Below, piece after piece: positions 28,520 through 37,212 of a stretch of 64,000 bases of DNA. The translations under genes and the position numbers were made by a program. The notes beneath the pieces are model-generated. The model searched no databases. It saw only the letters and a program-made list of their open reading frames with translations, and was not told the DNA's origin. Numbering within the stretch: position 1 is the first letter of the stretch; each line of letters begins with the position of its first letter. The stretch is from assembly GCA_035286585.1 (NCBI GenBank), contig DATEDC010000195.1:4139-68138 (forward strand). The letters are read 5' to 3'. Source of the DNA: Anaerolineales bacterium. Its GTDB lineage: Bacteria; Chloroflexota; Anaerolineae; Anaerolineales; UBA4823.

Positions 28520-29293
28520 TCATTTCAGGTGGATGTGGAAATCGATCAGCTCAGGGTTTTTTTTTCCACTGGAGGCTAGAATGTGGGCGATGTGGACTGC
28601 CCTGCTCGGTTGACCCTGCCGGTGTAAGCCCCCGTTGATATGGGTGACGCAGCCCAGGTCGCAAGATACGACCAGGTCTGCGCCGCTGTCTTGAATATTG
28701 AGAATCTTGCGCTGGAGCATAGCAGCGGATATTTCCGGGTATTCTAGCGAAAAAAGACCGCCAAAGCCGCAGCACTCCTGCGCGCCGGTCAGTTCGATGA
28801 GTTCGGCATCCTGGATAGAGGCGAGCAGATCCCTTGGCTGGCGGTCCACACCCAGATCCCGCAGCAGGTGGCAAGAGGCATGGTAGGCGAGCTTACCGGT
28901 GTAGCTGGCGTGTACATCGCTCACACCGAGAATATCCACAAGGTACTCAGTGAATTCGTAAGCGCGGTCCGCCAGTTTTTCCGCTCTCACCAGCCAGGCA
29001 CGATCTTCGCGAAAAAGTTCCCGATAGCCATGGCGGAGCATAGCCGCGCACGAGCCCGAGGGGATAACGAGCGGAGCCGCCGATTTTTCAAATACCCGGA
29101 TAGTATGCTCTGCCATCCGGCGCGCCTGGGAACGCATCCCGGCGTTAAAGGCGGGCTGTCCACAGCAAGTCTGCTCGCTGGGGAATTCAACCTTCAGGCC
29201 GATTTTACCCAATACCTGCAGGACTGCTTCCCCCGTTTCGGGGTAAAGTACATCCAGCAAGCAGGTAACCATGAGCTGCACGGTTTGGTTCAT
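28520..29293 (-). CDS. lutA: Lactate utilisation protein A (CCG-domain Fe-S protein)
   Basis: TCCGQPAFNAG, SGSC, YHASCH, CCGFGG, CDLGC. Confidence 0.93.
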   Translation of the reverse strand: MNQTVQLMVTCLLDVLYPETGEAVLQVLGKIGLKVEFPSEQTCCGQPAFNAGMRSQARRMAEHTIRVFEKSAAPLVIPSGSCAAMLRHGYRELFREDRAWLVRAEKLADRAYEFTEYLVDILGVSDVHASYTGKLAYHASCHLLRDLGVDRQPRDLLASIQDAELIELTGAQECCGFGGLFSLEYPEISAAMLQRKILNIQDSGADLVVSCDLGCVTHINGGLHRQGQPSRAVHIAHILASSGKKNPELIDFHIHLK

Positions 29294-29467
29294 ATAACGC
29301 TACGCTGTGAACTCTCCCCGGTATTGTAACCCTGGGGTAGAGACATGGCAAGTGGGCTTGATTTAGGGGAGATTATCTGTGGTAAGATTCTCCCCGGTTT
29401 ACCATCGGGGCGAACCCCTGTTCCCGTTGAGGGTTCAAATTCATTCCTATGATGAGAAGGATGTTGC

Positions 29468-31651
29468 GTGAATATGGAACCATTTCGAACGGAGATCCCC
29501 AATCAATTCAGCTTGCCCAGACGCATATACCGCCTCGGCGAACTGGCTTATAACCTGTGGTGGACATGGAATCCGGACTCCCAGCGCCTGTATCTACGCA
29601 TTGACCGCGAGCTGTGGGAAGAATGCCAATACAACCCGGTGGTGTTTCTGCGCCAGGTGGAAAGAGTGCGTTTGAATTCGGCTACAAATAATCGTTATTA
29701 TCTTGAGTTCTATGATCGGATCATGCGCTCCTTCGATACCTACATGCAGGCCGAATCCACCTGGTTTACCCAGAATTACCCGGATTTTAAAAACCGCCCA
29801 ATTGCCTACTTCTCCATGGAATTCGGTCTGCATGAGATTTTCCCGATCTATGCCGGCGGTCTGGGCGTATTATCTGGCGACCATGTGAAAGAAGCGAGCG
29901 ACCTGGGTATGCCTTTCATCGGGATTGGTCTTTACTATTCTCAGGGATATTTCAACCAGCAGATCACCGAAGATGGCTGGCAAGAAGCCCACTATGACAC
30001 ACATCCGCTGGAAGAGCTGCCGATCATGTCCGTAGTGGATGCAGAGGGTAAACCCGTGAGCGTCCCCGTGGAGCTGCCGGGGAGAGAGGTGACAGCTCGA
30101 ATTTGGGAGATTCGCGTCGGCCGGGTGCCGGTTTACCTGCTGGATACGGATATCCCCGAGAACTCACCTAACGACAGGGCGCTGTCCGCACGCCTGTACA
30201 GCGGCGATTTGGAGAGACGCATTTCCCAGGAGATCCTGCTCGGGATTGGCGGCCTGCGGGCATTGCGCGTCCTGGGCTACAATCCCAGCGTGTGGCATTT
30301 GAACGAAGGCCATGCGGCATTTCTGATCCTGGAGCAAATTCGGGAAAAGGTACAGGCGGGTTATGATTTTGAACAGGCGGCGGACATTATCCGAGGTTCC
30401 AATGTTTTTACGACCCATACGCCAGTGCCAGCCGGAAACGATGAGTTTCCCCTCTGGCTGGTAGACAAATATTTTGCGCATATCTGGCCCGAATTAAATC
30501 TGACGCGTGATCAATTCATCGATCTGGCTCGTTCTACCGTCTCGTGGGGGGATGTATTCAGCATGCCGGTGCTGGCGCTGCGCCACTCGCAATCCAATAA
30601 TGCGGTCTCAGAGCTGCATGGGCGGGTGACGCGCAGAATGTGGCATTTTTTGTGGCCGGACCGGCGGGTGGATGAAGTGCCGATCACGCACATTACCAAT
30701 GGCATCCACACCGATACCTGGTTGGCACGCCGGCTAGGGCACCTGTACGACCGCTACCTGGGGGCGGATTGGCGCGAGCATATCGATGACCACGAATTGT
30801 GGGAGCAGGTGCAGAATATCCCGGACGATCAGCTCTGGACAGTGAGGCGGCACCTCAAGCGAAAGCTGGTTCACTACATGCGTGAGAGCGCCCGTCGGCG
30901 CTGGCTGCGCGGCGGAGTTCATCCGGTGCAGATCCTGGCTTCTGGCGTACTATTGGACCCCTATGCGCTGACCATCGGCTTTGCGCGGCGTTTCGCCCCC
31001 TACAAGCGCGCCAATCTGGTTTTTCGGGATTTTGAGCGCTTGATAAGCCTGCTCAACCGACCGGGTATGCCGGTGCAGATTATTTTTGCCGGCAAGTCAC
31101 ATCCTGATCACGAAGGCGGAAAGCTGCTGATCCAGCAGGTCTACCGGGCGGTGAAACGATCGGAGAGCGGCGGGCGACTGGTTTTCCTGGAAGAATATAA
31201 CATGAAACTGGCGCGCTACCTGCTGCAGGGAGTGGACGTATGGATGAACACCCCGCGTCGCCCGAATGAAGCTTCTGGAACTTCGGGGCAAAAGGCTGCC
31301 TTGAACGGGGTATTGAATTTTTCAGTGTACGATGGTTGGTGGCGCGAGGCATATAACGGCAAGAATGGTTGGGCGATAGGTGACGACATCGATTATCCCG
31401 ATCCAAGCCAGCAGGACGAAGCCGACGCAGAAAGCCTGTACGATATCCTGGAGAATGAGATCATCCCGCTTTATTACAAGGAGCGCTCTTCCGATGGCTT
31501 GCCCGGCGAATGGATTTTGCGGATGAAAGAATCAATCCGCACTCTGGCGCCGCAATTCAGCATGCGCCGCATGATCAGGGAATACGTGGAGCGCATTTAC
31601 ATACCTGCCATGCAGAGCCGCGAGGTGGTTAAGCCATCCGGAGGTAAGTAA
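29468..31651 (+). CDS. glgP: Alpha-glucan (glycogen/maltodextrin) phosphorylase
   Basis: YAGGLGVLSGD, HLNEGH, ITNGIH, ARRFAPYKR, EASGTSGQK (PLP Lys). Confidence 0.96.
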   Translation: MNMEPFRTEIPNQFSLPRRIYRLGELAYNLWWTWNPDSQRLYLRIDRELWEECQYNPVVFLRQVERVRLNSATNNRYYLEFYDRIMRSFDTYMQAESTWFTQNYPDFKNRPIAYFSMEFGLHEIFPIYAGGLGVLSGDHVKEASDLGMPFIGIGLYYSQGYFNQQITEDGWQEAHYDTHPLEELPIMSVVDAEGKPVSVPVELPGREVTARIWEIRVGRVPVYLLDTDIPENSPNDRALSARLYSGDLERRISQEILLGIGGLRALRVLGYNPSVWHLNEGHAAFLILEQIREKVQAGYDFEQAADIIRGSNVFTTHTPVPAGNDEFPLWLVDKYFAHIWPELNLTRDQFIDLARSTVSWGDVFSMPVLALRHSQSNNAVSELHGRVTRRMWHFLWPDRRVDEVPITHITNGIHTDTWLARRLGHLYDRYLGADWREHIDDHELWEQVQNIPDDQLWTVRRHLKRKLVHYMRESARRRWLRGGVHPVQILASGVLLDPYALTIGFARRFAPYKRANLVFRDFERLISLLNRPGMPVQIIFAGKSHPDHEGGKLLIQQVYRAVKRSESGGRLVFLEEYNMKLARYLLQGVDVWMNTPRRPNEASGTSGQKAALNGVLNFSVYDGWWREAYNGKNGWAIGDDIDYPDPSQQDEADAESLYDILENEIIPLYYKERSSDGLPGEWILRMKESIRTLAPQFSMRRMIREYVERIYIPAMQSREVVKPSGGK

Positions 31652-31655
31652 GATC

Positions 31656-32183
31656 ATGGACATATTTCTATCGCCCCAGGCCTGGTACGGTGCAGGCCTG
31701 ATTTTTCTTTTGCGCGTCGGCGATATGACCCTGGATACGCTGCGCGTGCTGGTTGTCATGCGGGGGAAGAAGGGTTATGCCTGGATCCTGGGTTTTTTCC
31801 AGGCTTCGATTTTCGTGCTGGCGATCAGCTCGGTGCTGCGCGACCTGGATAACCCGATCAACTTGATTGGTTATGCGGCTGGTTTTGCTACCGGCAACGT
31901 GGTCGGCATGCTCATCGAGGAGAAGCTCGCCATCGGGCATATTCACATCAGTGTTGTCAGCCCCAGGAGAGGGGCTGCGATTGCCGATCATTTGCGCCTT
32001 CAGGGTTTCGCAGTGACCGAAATCCCAGCCCGCGGCAAAGATGGCATGGTGACCATGTTGAATTGTGATGTATTGCGACGGCACGTCGACCCGGTGCGCA
32101 AATTGGTTAACGAGATAGATCCGGACGCTTTCATCACGGCTGAAGATTTACGGCCGGTGCGGCGCGGTTTTTGGAGAGCTTGA
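31656..32183 (+). CDS. UPF0316 (DUF5698-DUF2179) membrane protein, copy 1
   Basis: LDTLRV...GK, GYAAGFATGNVVGM.IE.KLAIG, C-terminal IDPDAFIT. Confidence 0.88.
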   Translation: MDIFLSPQAWYGAGLIFLLRVGDMTLDTLRVLVVMRGKKGYAWILGFFQASIFVLAISSVLRDLDNPINLIGYAAGFATGNVVGMLIEEKLAIGHIHISVVSPRRGAAIADHLRLQGFAVTEIPARGKDGMVTMLNCDVLRRHVDPVRKLVNEIDPDAFITAEDLRPVRRGFWRA

Positions 32184-32193
32184 GCGTTATAGA

Positions 32194-32706
32194 ATGAACG
32201 CAGCGATCGTTTCTGCACTGATCGTTTTTATCCTGCGCGCGCTGGACATTGCGGTGTACACCGTACGTATTACCATGGTTATGCGCGGTCGTAAGGCGTA
32301 TGCCTGGTTATTTGGGTTCATCCAGGCGTTCGTTTTCGTGAGCGCAATTCGGGTAGTGCTGATCGACCTGGACAACTGGCTGAACATTGCCGGCTATGCG
32401 GCGGGATTCGCCACGGGCAATGTTGTGGGTATGTTCATCGAAGGCAGGCTGGCGATTGGAATCACCCACCTGCGCATTTTCAGCCCACGGCGCGGGGCAG
32501 AGCTGGCCGAGCAACTGCGCCTCTCCGGCTACGCAGTCACGGAAGTGGCAGGTCGCGGCATTCAAGGCGTCGTCGAGGTGATTAACTGCAGCGTGCGCCG
32601 CAGAGAAGAGCGGCAAGTCACCGAGTTAGTGGCAAAGATCGATGCTCAGGCGTACATCACCGCTGAAGACGTGCGCCTGGTCTGGCATGGTTTTTGGGGG
32701 AATTAA
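32194..32706 (+). CDS. UPF0316 (DUF5698-DUF2179) membrane protein, copy 2
   Basis: Same motifs as copy 1 (GYAAGFATGNVVGM, LAIG, ITAED). Confidence 0.88.
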   Translation: MNAAIVSALIVFILRALDIAVYTVRITMVMRGRKAYAWLFGFIQAFVFVSAIRVVLIDLDNWLNIAGYAAGFATGNVVGMFIEGRLAIGITHLRIFSPRRGAELAEQLRLSGYAVTEVAGRGIQGVVEVINCSVRRREERQVTELVAKIDAQAYITAEDVRLVWHGFWGN

Positions 32707-32826
32707 CGCCTGCAAAGTGATATATGTTACGTGACAGGAGGGGGAAAACTTGGCACAATATAAAAATCAGGTCCCATCTGGAGCTTTCCGACTGAAAAAC
32801 CCGTTTAAATATCTTGGAGGCGAGCG

Positions 32827-33816
32827 ATGAAGCGCAACCTATGGCATACCCTGGTCCGACCTTCCACGCTAGAATTTTATGAGGAAGGCAGGCGCACACC
32901 GGGTTACACTCTCCTTGATTTTTTGCATGGTTATGTTTATGGTCGCTGGCCATACCTCTATATCGGCATTGGCACGGGAGAACACTTCCTGGCGAAAACC
33001 ATCGGTCCGATAATTCTTCTAATTCAAGAATTTCTGGCAGCCCTAAATTTTATGAACGGCCAACCGGAAGCGAATGGCAGAACGGCTGTGCCGCGGGAAG
33101 AGACCGACCTCACCTGGGCGGAAAGCTACCATGGCAAAGTGGTGCCTTTGGCTTCGGCGACCAGGCTGGTATCCATCCAGGAAAATATCCAGCTAAAAAA
33201 TCTGGAAAAGATTATCCCTTACAGCAAAGCGCGGGATATCATCTTGCACAACCCCGATCATATCGTAGCCCTGGAATGCCCCTGCCGCACTTCTCGCCAA
33301 AATCCGTGTCTGCCCTTGGATGTGTGCCTGGTTGTCGGAGATCCTTTTGCCAGCTTTGTTGAAGCACATCACCCGCGTCGCTCGCGCCGCATCACCCAGA
33401 GCGAGGCGGTGGAAATATTGAAGGCCGAGAATCAACGCGGGCACGTCCACCACGCATTTTTCAAAGACGCCATGCTGAGCCGCTTTTACGCCATTTGCAA
33501 TTGCTGCGCCTGTTGTTGCGGCGCGATGCACGCTCACAGGAACGGAACCCCGATGCTGGCGGCTTCGGGTTATATTTCTCAGGTGGATGCCGATTTATGC
33601 ATTGGGTGTGGGGATTGTGTGGAAGCCTGCCAATTCGGAGCAATTAGCCTCAATGAATTTTGCGCTGTGGTGAGTGGGCAGGATTGCATGGGGTGCGGCA
33701 TCTGCGAGTCGATATGCCTGCAGGGCGCACACACATTGTTGCGTGATCCGTCCAAGGGTGAGCCGTTAGAGATCAGTGAGCTTATCCGGGACTTCGAGAA
33801 GGCGGTCAGATTATGA
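32827..33816 (+). CDS. Multi-cysteine 4Fe-4S dicluster protein
   Basis: CPCR..C..C, ICNCCACCC, CIGCGDCVEAC, CMGCGICESIC. Confidence 0.85.
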   Translation: MKRNLWHTLVRPSTLEFYEEGRRTPGYTLLDFLHGYVYGRWPYLYIGIGTGEHFLAKTIGPIILLIQEFLAALNFMNGQPEANGRTAVPREETDLTWAESYHGKVVPLASATRLVSIQENIQLKNLEKIIPYSKARDIILHNPDHIVALECPCRTSRQNPCLPLDVCLVVGDPFASFVEAHHPRRSRRITQSEAVEILKAENQRGHVHHAFFKDAMLSRFYAICNCCACCCGAMHAHRNGTPMLAASGYISQVDADLCIGCGDCVEACQFGAISLNEFCAVVSGQDCMGCGICESICLQGAHTLLRDPSKGEPLEISELIRDFEKAVRL

Positions 33817-34915
33817 ACTGGCCGTCCCGATAAAAGATTTCCCCGTCCACCGTTATTTCAGAGTCCTGGCGCAGGTCGCAGATCATATCCCAATGGATCT
33901 GGCTTTTATTCTGACTGCCTGTCTCCGGGTATCCAGCACCCAATGCCATGTGGAATGAGCCGCCGATCTTCTCATCGAGCAAGGTGCTGTGAGTGAAGCG
34001 GTTGATTTCAAAATTCGTGCCGATAGCGAACTCGCCGACGTAGCGCGCGCCGGCGTCGATGTCCAGCATGGCGAGCAGCACATCCTGGTTCTTAACTGCC
34101 GTGGCGTTGACCACTCTGCCATCCTCAAATTGGAGCTCGATACCTTCGACTACCCTGCCCTGGTAAATCGCCGGGTAGCTGTATCGAACCCAACCGTTTA
34201 CCGAGTCCTCCACGGGTCCGGTGAAAATCTCGCCGTCCGGCAGGTTGTTCTGCCCGCAGGCGTTCTTGAACGTACGCCCCTGAACCGAAAGGGTCAGATC
34301 GGCATGCGGGCCGCGCACCGCAACCTTATTGCGGCCCTGGACAGCGACAATAATGCGCTGCTGCTCCCGCTCGATTCCCTGCCAGTGGGCGACCGGGTCC
34401 GGCGTCCCTTCGTCTGCGTGGCAGGCGCGGAAGAAGAAATCGGAGTACTCCTCGATGCCCATTTCGGCTTCCATGGCATAGGCGGGAGTGGGGTACTGGG
34501 TGCTCAACCAGCGCAAGGAGCCTTCGGCGCCGCGGCGCATTTGGGTGCTGATCAGGTTGGCGATTGCCTTTTGACGGTGAGAGAGACGCTCCGAGGCGAC
34601 CCCGGACAGGCCGCGGGTATTGAGCTCAGAGCGAATTTTGATCAAAACATCGAATTGATCGAATGCGGCTTGATGGAAGATGGGGACGAATTCGAGCTGT
34701 TCGTCGCTGGCGTGGGCGAAGAGGATTTCCTCCTGAGCGGGGAGGTCGATCAGCAGGTGGGGATAGCCACCCCGCTCGAGGATCAGCTCATAGAGCGGCA
34801 GGAGAACCGGCTCGGCCGCGGTGGTGGCATTCACAGCCACGCGATCGCCAGGTCGCACTCGCGTCGAATGATCGACCATAATTTGGGCAAATTTTCTAAG
34901 GCGTAGATCGCTCAT
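33806..34915 (-). CDS. Aminopeptidase, M29 (AmpS/AmpT) family
   Basis: NLPDGEIFTGP, GEFAIG, LDEKIGGSFHMALG.GY, S.IHWDM; real start probably ATG 34915 (GGAG SD). Confidence 0.93.
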   Translation of the reverse strand: MSDLRLRKFAQIMVDHSTRVRPGDRVAVNATTAAEPVLLPLYELILERGGYPHLLIDLPAQEEILFAHASDEQLEFVPIFHQAAFDQFDVLIKIRSELNTRGLSGVASERLSHRQKAIANLISTQMRRGAEGSLRWLSTQYPTPAYAMEAEMGIEEYSDFFFRACHADEGTPDPVAHWQGIEREQQRIIVAVQGRNKVAVRGPHADLTLSVQGRTFKNACGQNNLPDGEIFTGPVEDSVNGWVRYSYPAIYQGRVVEGIELQFEDGRVVNATAVKNQDVLLAMLDIDAGARYVGEFAIGTNFEINRFTHSTLLDEKIGGSFHMALGAGYPETGSQNKSQIHWDMICDLRQDSEITVDGEIFYRDGQFII

Positions 34916-34943
34916 GGGGTTGCTCCGGGGGAAAATTCGGCTC

Positions 34944-34977
34944 ATTATAACATGCTGACTTTCAAACGCGCTATAAT
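34944..34977. promoter_or_regulatory. Back-to-back divergent -10 boxes
   Basis: Minus TGtTATAAT (34952-34944) and plus TATAAT (34972-34977, 9 nt before ATG 34987). Confidence 0.6.
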
Positions 34978-34986
34978 GGCGAGGAT

Positions 34987-37212
34987 ATGAAGCAGCTCTT
35001 ACAGAATCTGCGCACGGGTGAGACCTCGGTCGTGGAGGTCCCCATTCCCACGCCGCGCCCCGGCACCGCCCTGGTGAGGACCTGCGCCTCGCTGGTGTCG
35101 ACGGGAACAGAGAGGATGGTGGTTGAATTCGCCGAGAAGTCCCTGCTCGGGAAAGCCCGCGCCCGTCCCGATTACGTCCGCCAGGCGCTGGATAAGGCGC
35201 GCCGAGAGGGCATTCTTGGGACGATTGAGGCCATATTTGGGCGCCTCGACCAACCGATGGCGCTGGGTTACTCTTCCTCCGGGATCGTCTCGTCGGTCGG
35301 AGAAGAGGCGGCTGGCGTTCAGGTCGGGCAGCGTGTGGCCTGCGCTGGCGGCGGCTACGCCGTTCACGCCGAGTATGCGCTGGTGCCGACAAACCTGCTC
35401 GTTCCCTTACCCGAGCAGGTGGATTTCGAATCCGCAGCGTTTACAACGCTTGGGGCGATCGCCTTGCATGGCTACCGCCTGGCGCACACCCAGATTGGGG
35501 AACGGGTGGCGGTCATCGGGCTGGGGATATTGGGATTGTTGTCCCTGGGCATTATCCGGGCAGCCGGGTGCCACGCCCTGGGAATTGACCTGGATCTCGA
35601 ACGGGTAGAGCTGGCCCAAGGGATGGGTTTTACCGCCGTGCGCCGGGAAGGTGCTGAGGAAGCTGGGGCAACCTTCTCCCGCGGGCGGGGCTGCGATGCG
35701 GTCATGATCTGCGCCGATACGCCCTCCTCCGACCCGGTTGAACTGGCCGGCGCTCTGGCGCGCGATCGGGCGCATGTCGTGGCGGTTGGGGCGGTGGGTC
35801 TTGCCGTGCCGCGCAAGATCTACTATGAGAAGGAACTGACCCTGGTCAATTCGCGGTCCTACGGCCCGGGCCGATACGACCCCTCCTATGAAGAGGAAGG
35901 CCGGGATTACCCCATCGGCTACGTTCGCTGGACAGAAGGGCGCAATCTGGAGGCGTTCGTCGAGCTTTTAGCCAGCGGTCAGGTTGATGTGCGCCCGCTG
36001 ATCACGCACCGCTTCCCGATTAAAAACGCCTCCCAGGCTTATTCTCTGATCACCGGAAAGACCAATGAGCGCTTTTTGGGGGTGCTGCTGACGTATAATG
36101 AGACAGGGGGTGTACCCGTCGTCCTGGAAGAGGCTCGCCGGCCTGAATTCAGGGTGAAGATTCCCAAAATTACTCAGCCACGAATGACAGATGAAGTCAC
36201 CCTCGGTGCGTTGGGGGCGGGGAATTTCGCCAAAGCGGTGCTTTTCCCGGTTCTACGCAAAACTGAGGGGATACGCCTGGTTAGCGTGGCGTCTGCCTCC
36301 GGCTTGAATGCCCAATATGCCGCCCGCAAGTTCGGCTTCGCCTACGCAACCACGGACGAGGAGCAGGTTCTGGAGGACCCGGAAGTCAACACGATTGCGG
36401 TGCTGACCCGCCACCATTTGCATGCAAGGCAGGTGATCGCCGCTCTGCGCAACGGCAAGCACGTGTTTTGCGAAAAACCCTTGGCGCTGAACGCGGCGGA
36501 GCTGGATGAGATCGCGACCCTGTTGCAGGAGGTCTCCCCGCTGGATCCTTCCGGAGCGACTAAAAAGGTCGAGCGCGCCCCGCTGCTGATGGTTGGCTTC
36601 AACCGGCGGTTTTCTCCTCAGGGAATCGCTCTGCGAGAGTTCCTCGCCAGCCGCAAAGAACCGCTGGCAGCCCATTACCGGGTAAACGCTGGATACCTGC
36701 CGCCTGATCACTGGCTGCACAACCCCCAGCAGGGCGGAGGAAGGATCATCGGTGAGGGCTGCCATTTTATCGACTTTATCACCTTCCTGGTGGGCGCCTC
36801 TCCCCGGTCGGTGCTGGCGCGCGCTCTTCCGGATGCAGGTCGCTACCGGGCGGATAACGTGGTGATGACGCTCATTTTTCCGGATGATTCCATCGGCACG
36901 ATCAGCTATCTGGCAAATGGCGACCGGTCGTTTTCCAAAGAGAGGCTGGAGGTCTTCACCGCAGGGCGGGTGGCTGTATTGGAGGACTACCGCAGGCTGG
37001 ATTTGATCCGGGATGGCAGGCGGCGGACAATCCGATCGACTTTGCGCCAGGACAAAGGTCATTTTGGGGAGTGGCAGGCGTTCATTGAGGCAATTCGCGC
37101 TGGCAAGGCGCCTCCCATCCCATACCGGGATATATTCGGCGTAACCAGGGCTACCTTTGCGGCGCTCGAGGCGCTGCGCACCCAGGAGCAGGTGGAAATA
37201 CAGGTTGGCTAG
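34987..37212 (+). CDS. Bi-domain oxidoreductase (MDR/Zn-ADH-like plus Gfo/Idh/MocA), polysaccharide-associated
   Basis: STGTE, SYGPGRYD..YE, VRWTE.RN; GAGNFA, CEKPLA, GFNRRF, GEGCHFID, DKGH. Confidence 0.9.
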   Translation: MKQLLQNLRTGETSVVEVPIPTPRPGTALVRTCASLVSTGTERMVVEFAEKSLLGKARARPDYVRQALDKARREGILGTIEAIFGRLDQPMALGYSSSGIVSSVGEEAAGVQVGQRVACAGGGYAVHAEYALVPTNLLVPLPEQVDFESAAFTTLGAIALHGYRLAHTQIGERVAVIGLGILGLLSLGIIRAAGCHALGIDLDLERVELAQGMGFTAVRREGAEEAGATFSRGRGCDAVMICADTPSSDPVELAGALARDRAHVVAVGAVGLAVPRKIYYEKELTLVNSRSYGPGRYDPSYEEEGRDYPIGYVRWTEGRNLEAFVELLASGQVDVRPLITHRFPIKNASQAYSLITGKTNERFLGVLLTYNETGGVPVVLEEARRPEFRVKIPKITQPRMTDEVTLGALGAGNFAKAVLFPVLRKTEGIRLVSVASASGLNAQYAARKFGFAYATTDEEQVLEDPEVNTIAVLTRHHLHARQVIAALRNGKHVFCEKPLALNAAELDEIATLLQEVSPLDPSGATKKVERAPLLMVGFNRRFSPQGIALREFLASRKEPLAAHYRVNAGYLPPDHWLHNPQQGGGRIIGEGCHFIDFITFLVGASPRSVLARALPDAGRYRADNVVMTLIFPDDSIGTISYLANGDRSFSKERLEVFTAGRVAVLEDYRRLDLIRDGRRRTIRSTLRQDKGHFGEWQAFIEAIRAGKAPPIPYRDIFGVTRATFAALEALRTQEQVEIQVG

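Noticed and set aside
29412..29423. GAAC-ccct-GTTC, a LexA-box-like site between lutA and glgP
   Set aside because: Only 8 specified bases, so about one chance hit per 64 kb; flanking genes are not SOS genes
34916..35392. 158-aa Arg/Pro-rich N-terminal extension of the aminopeptidase in the ORF track
   Set aside because: It overlaps the divergent oxidoreductase; the promoter and SD support ATG 34915
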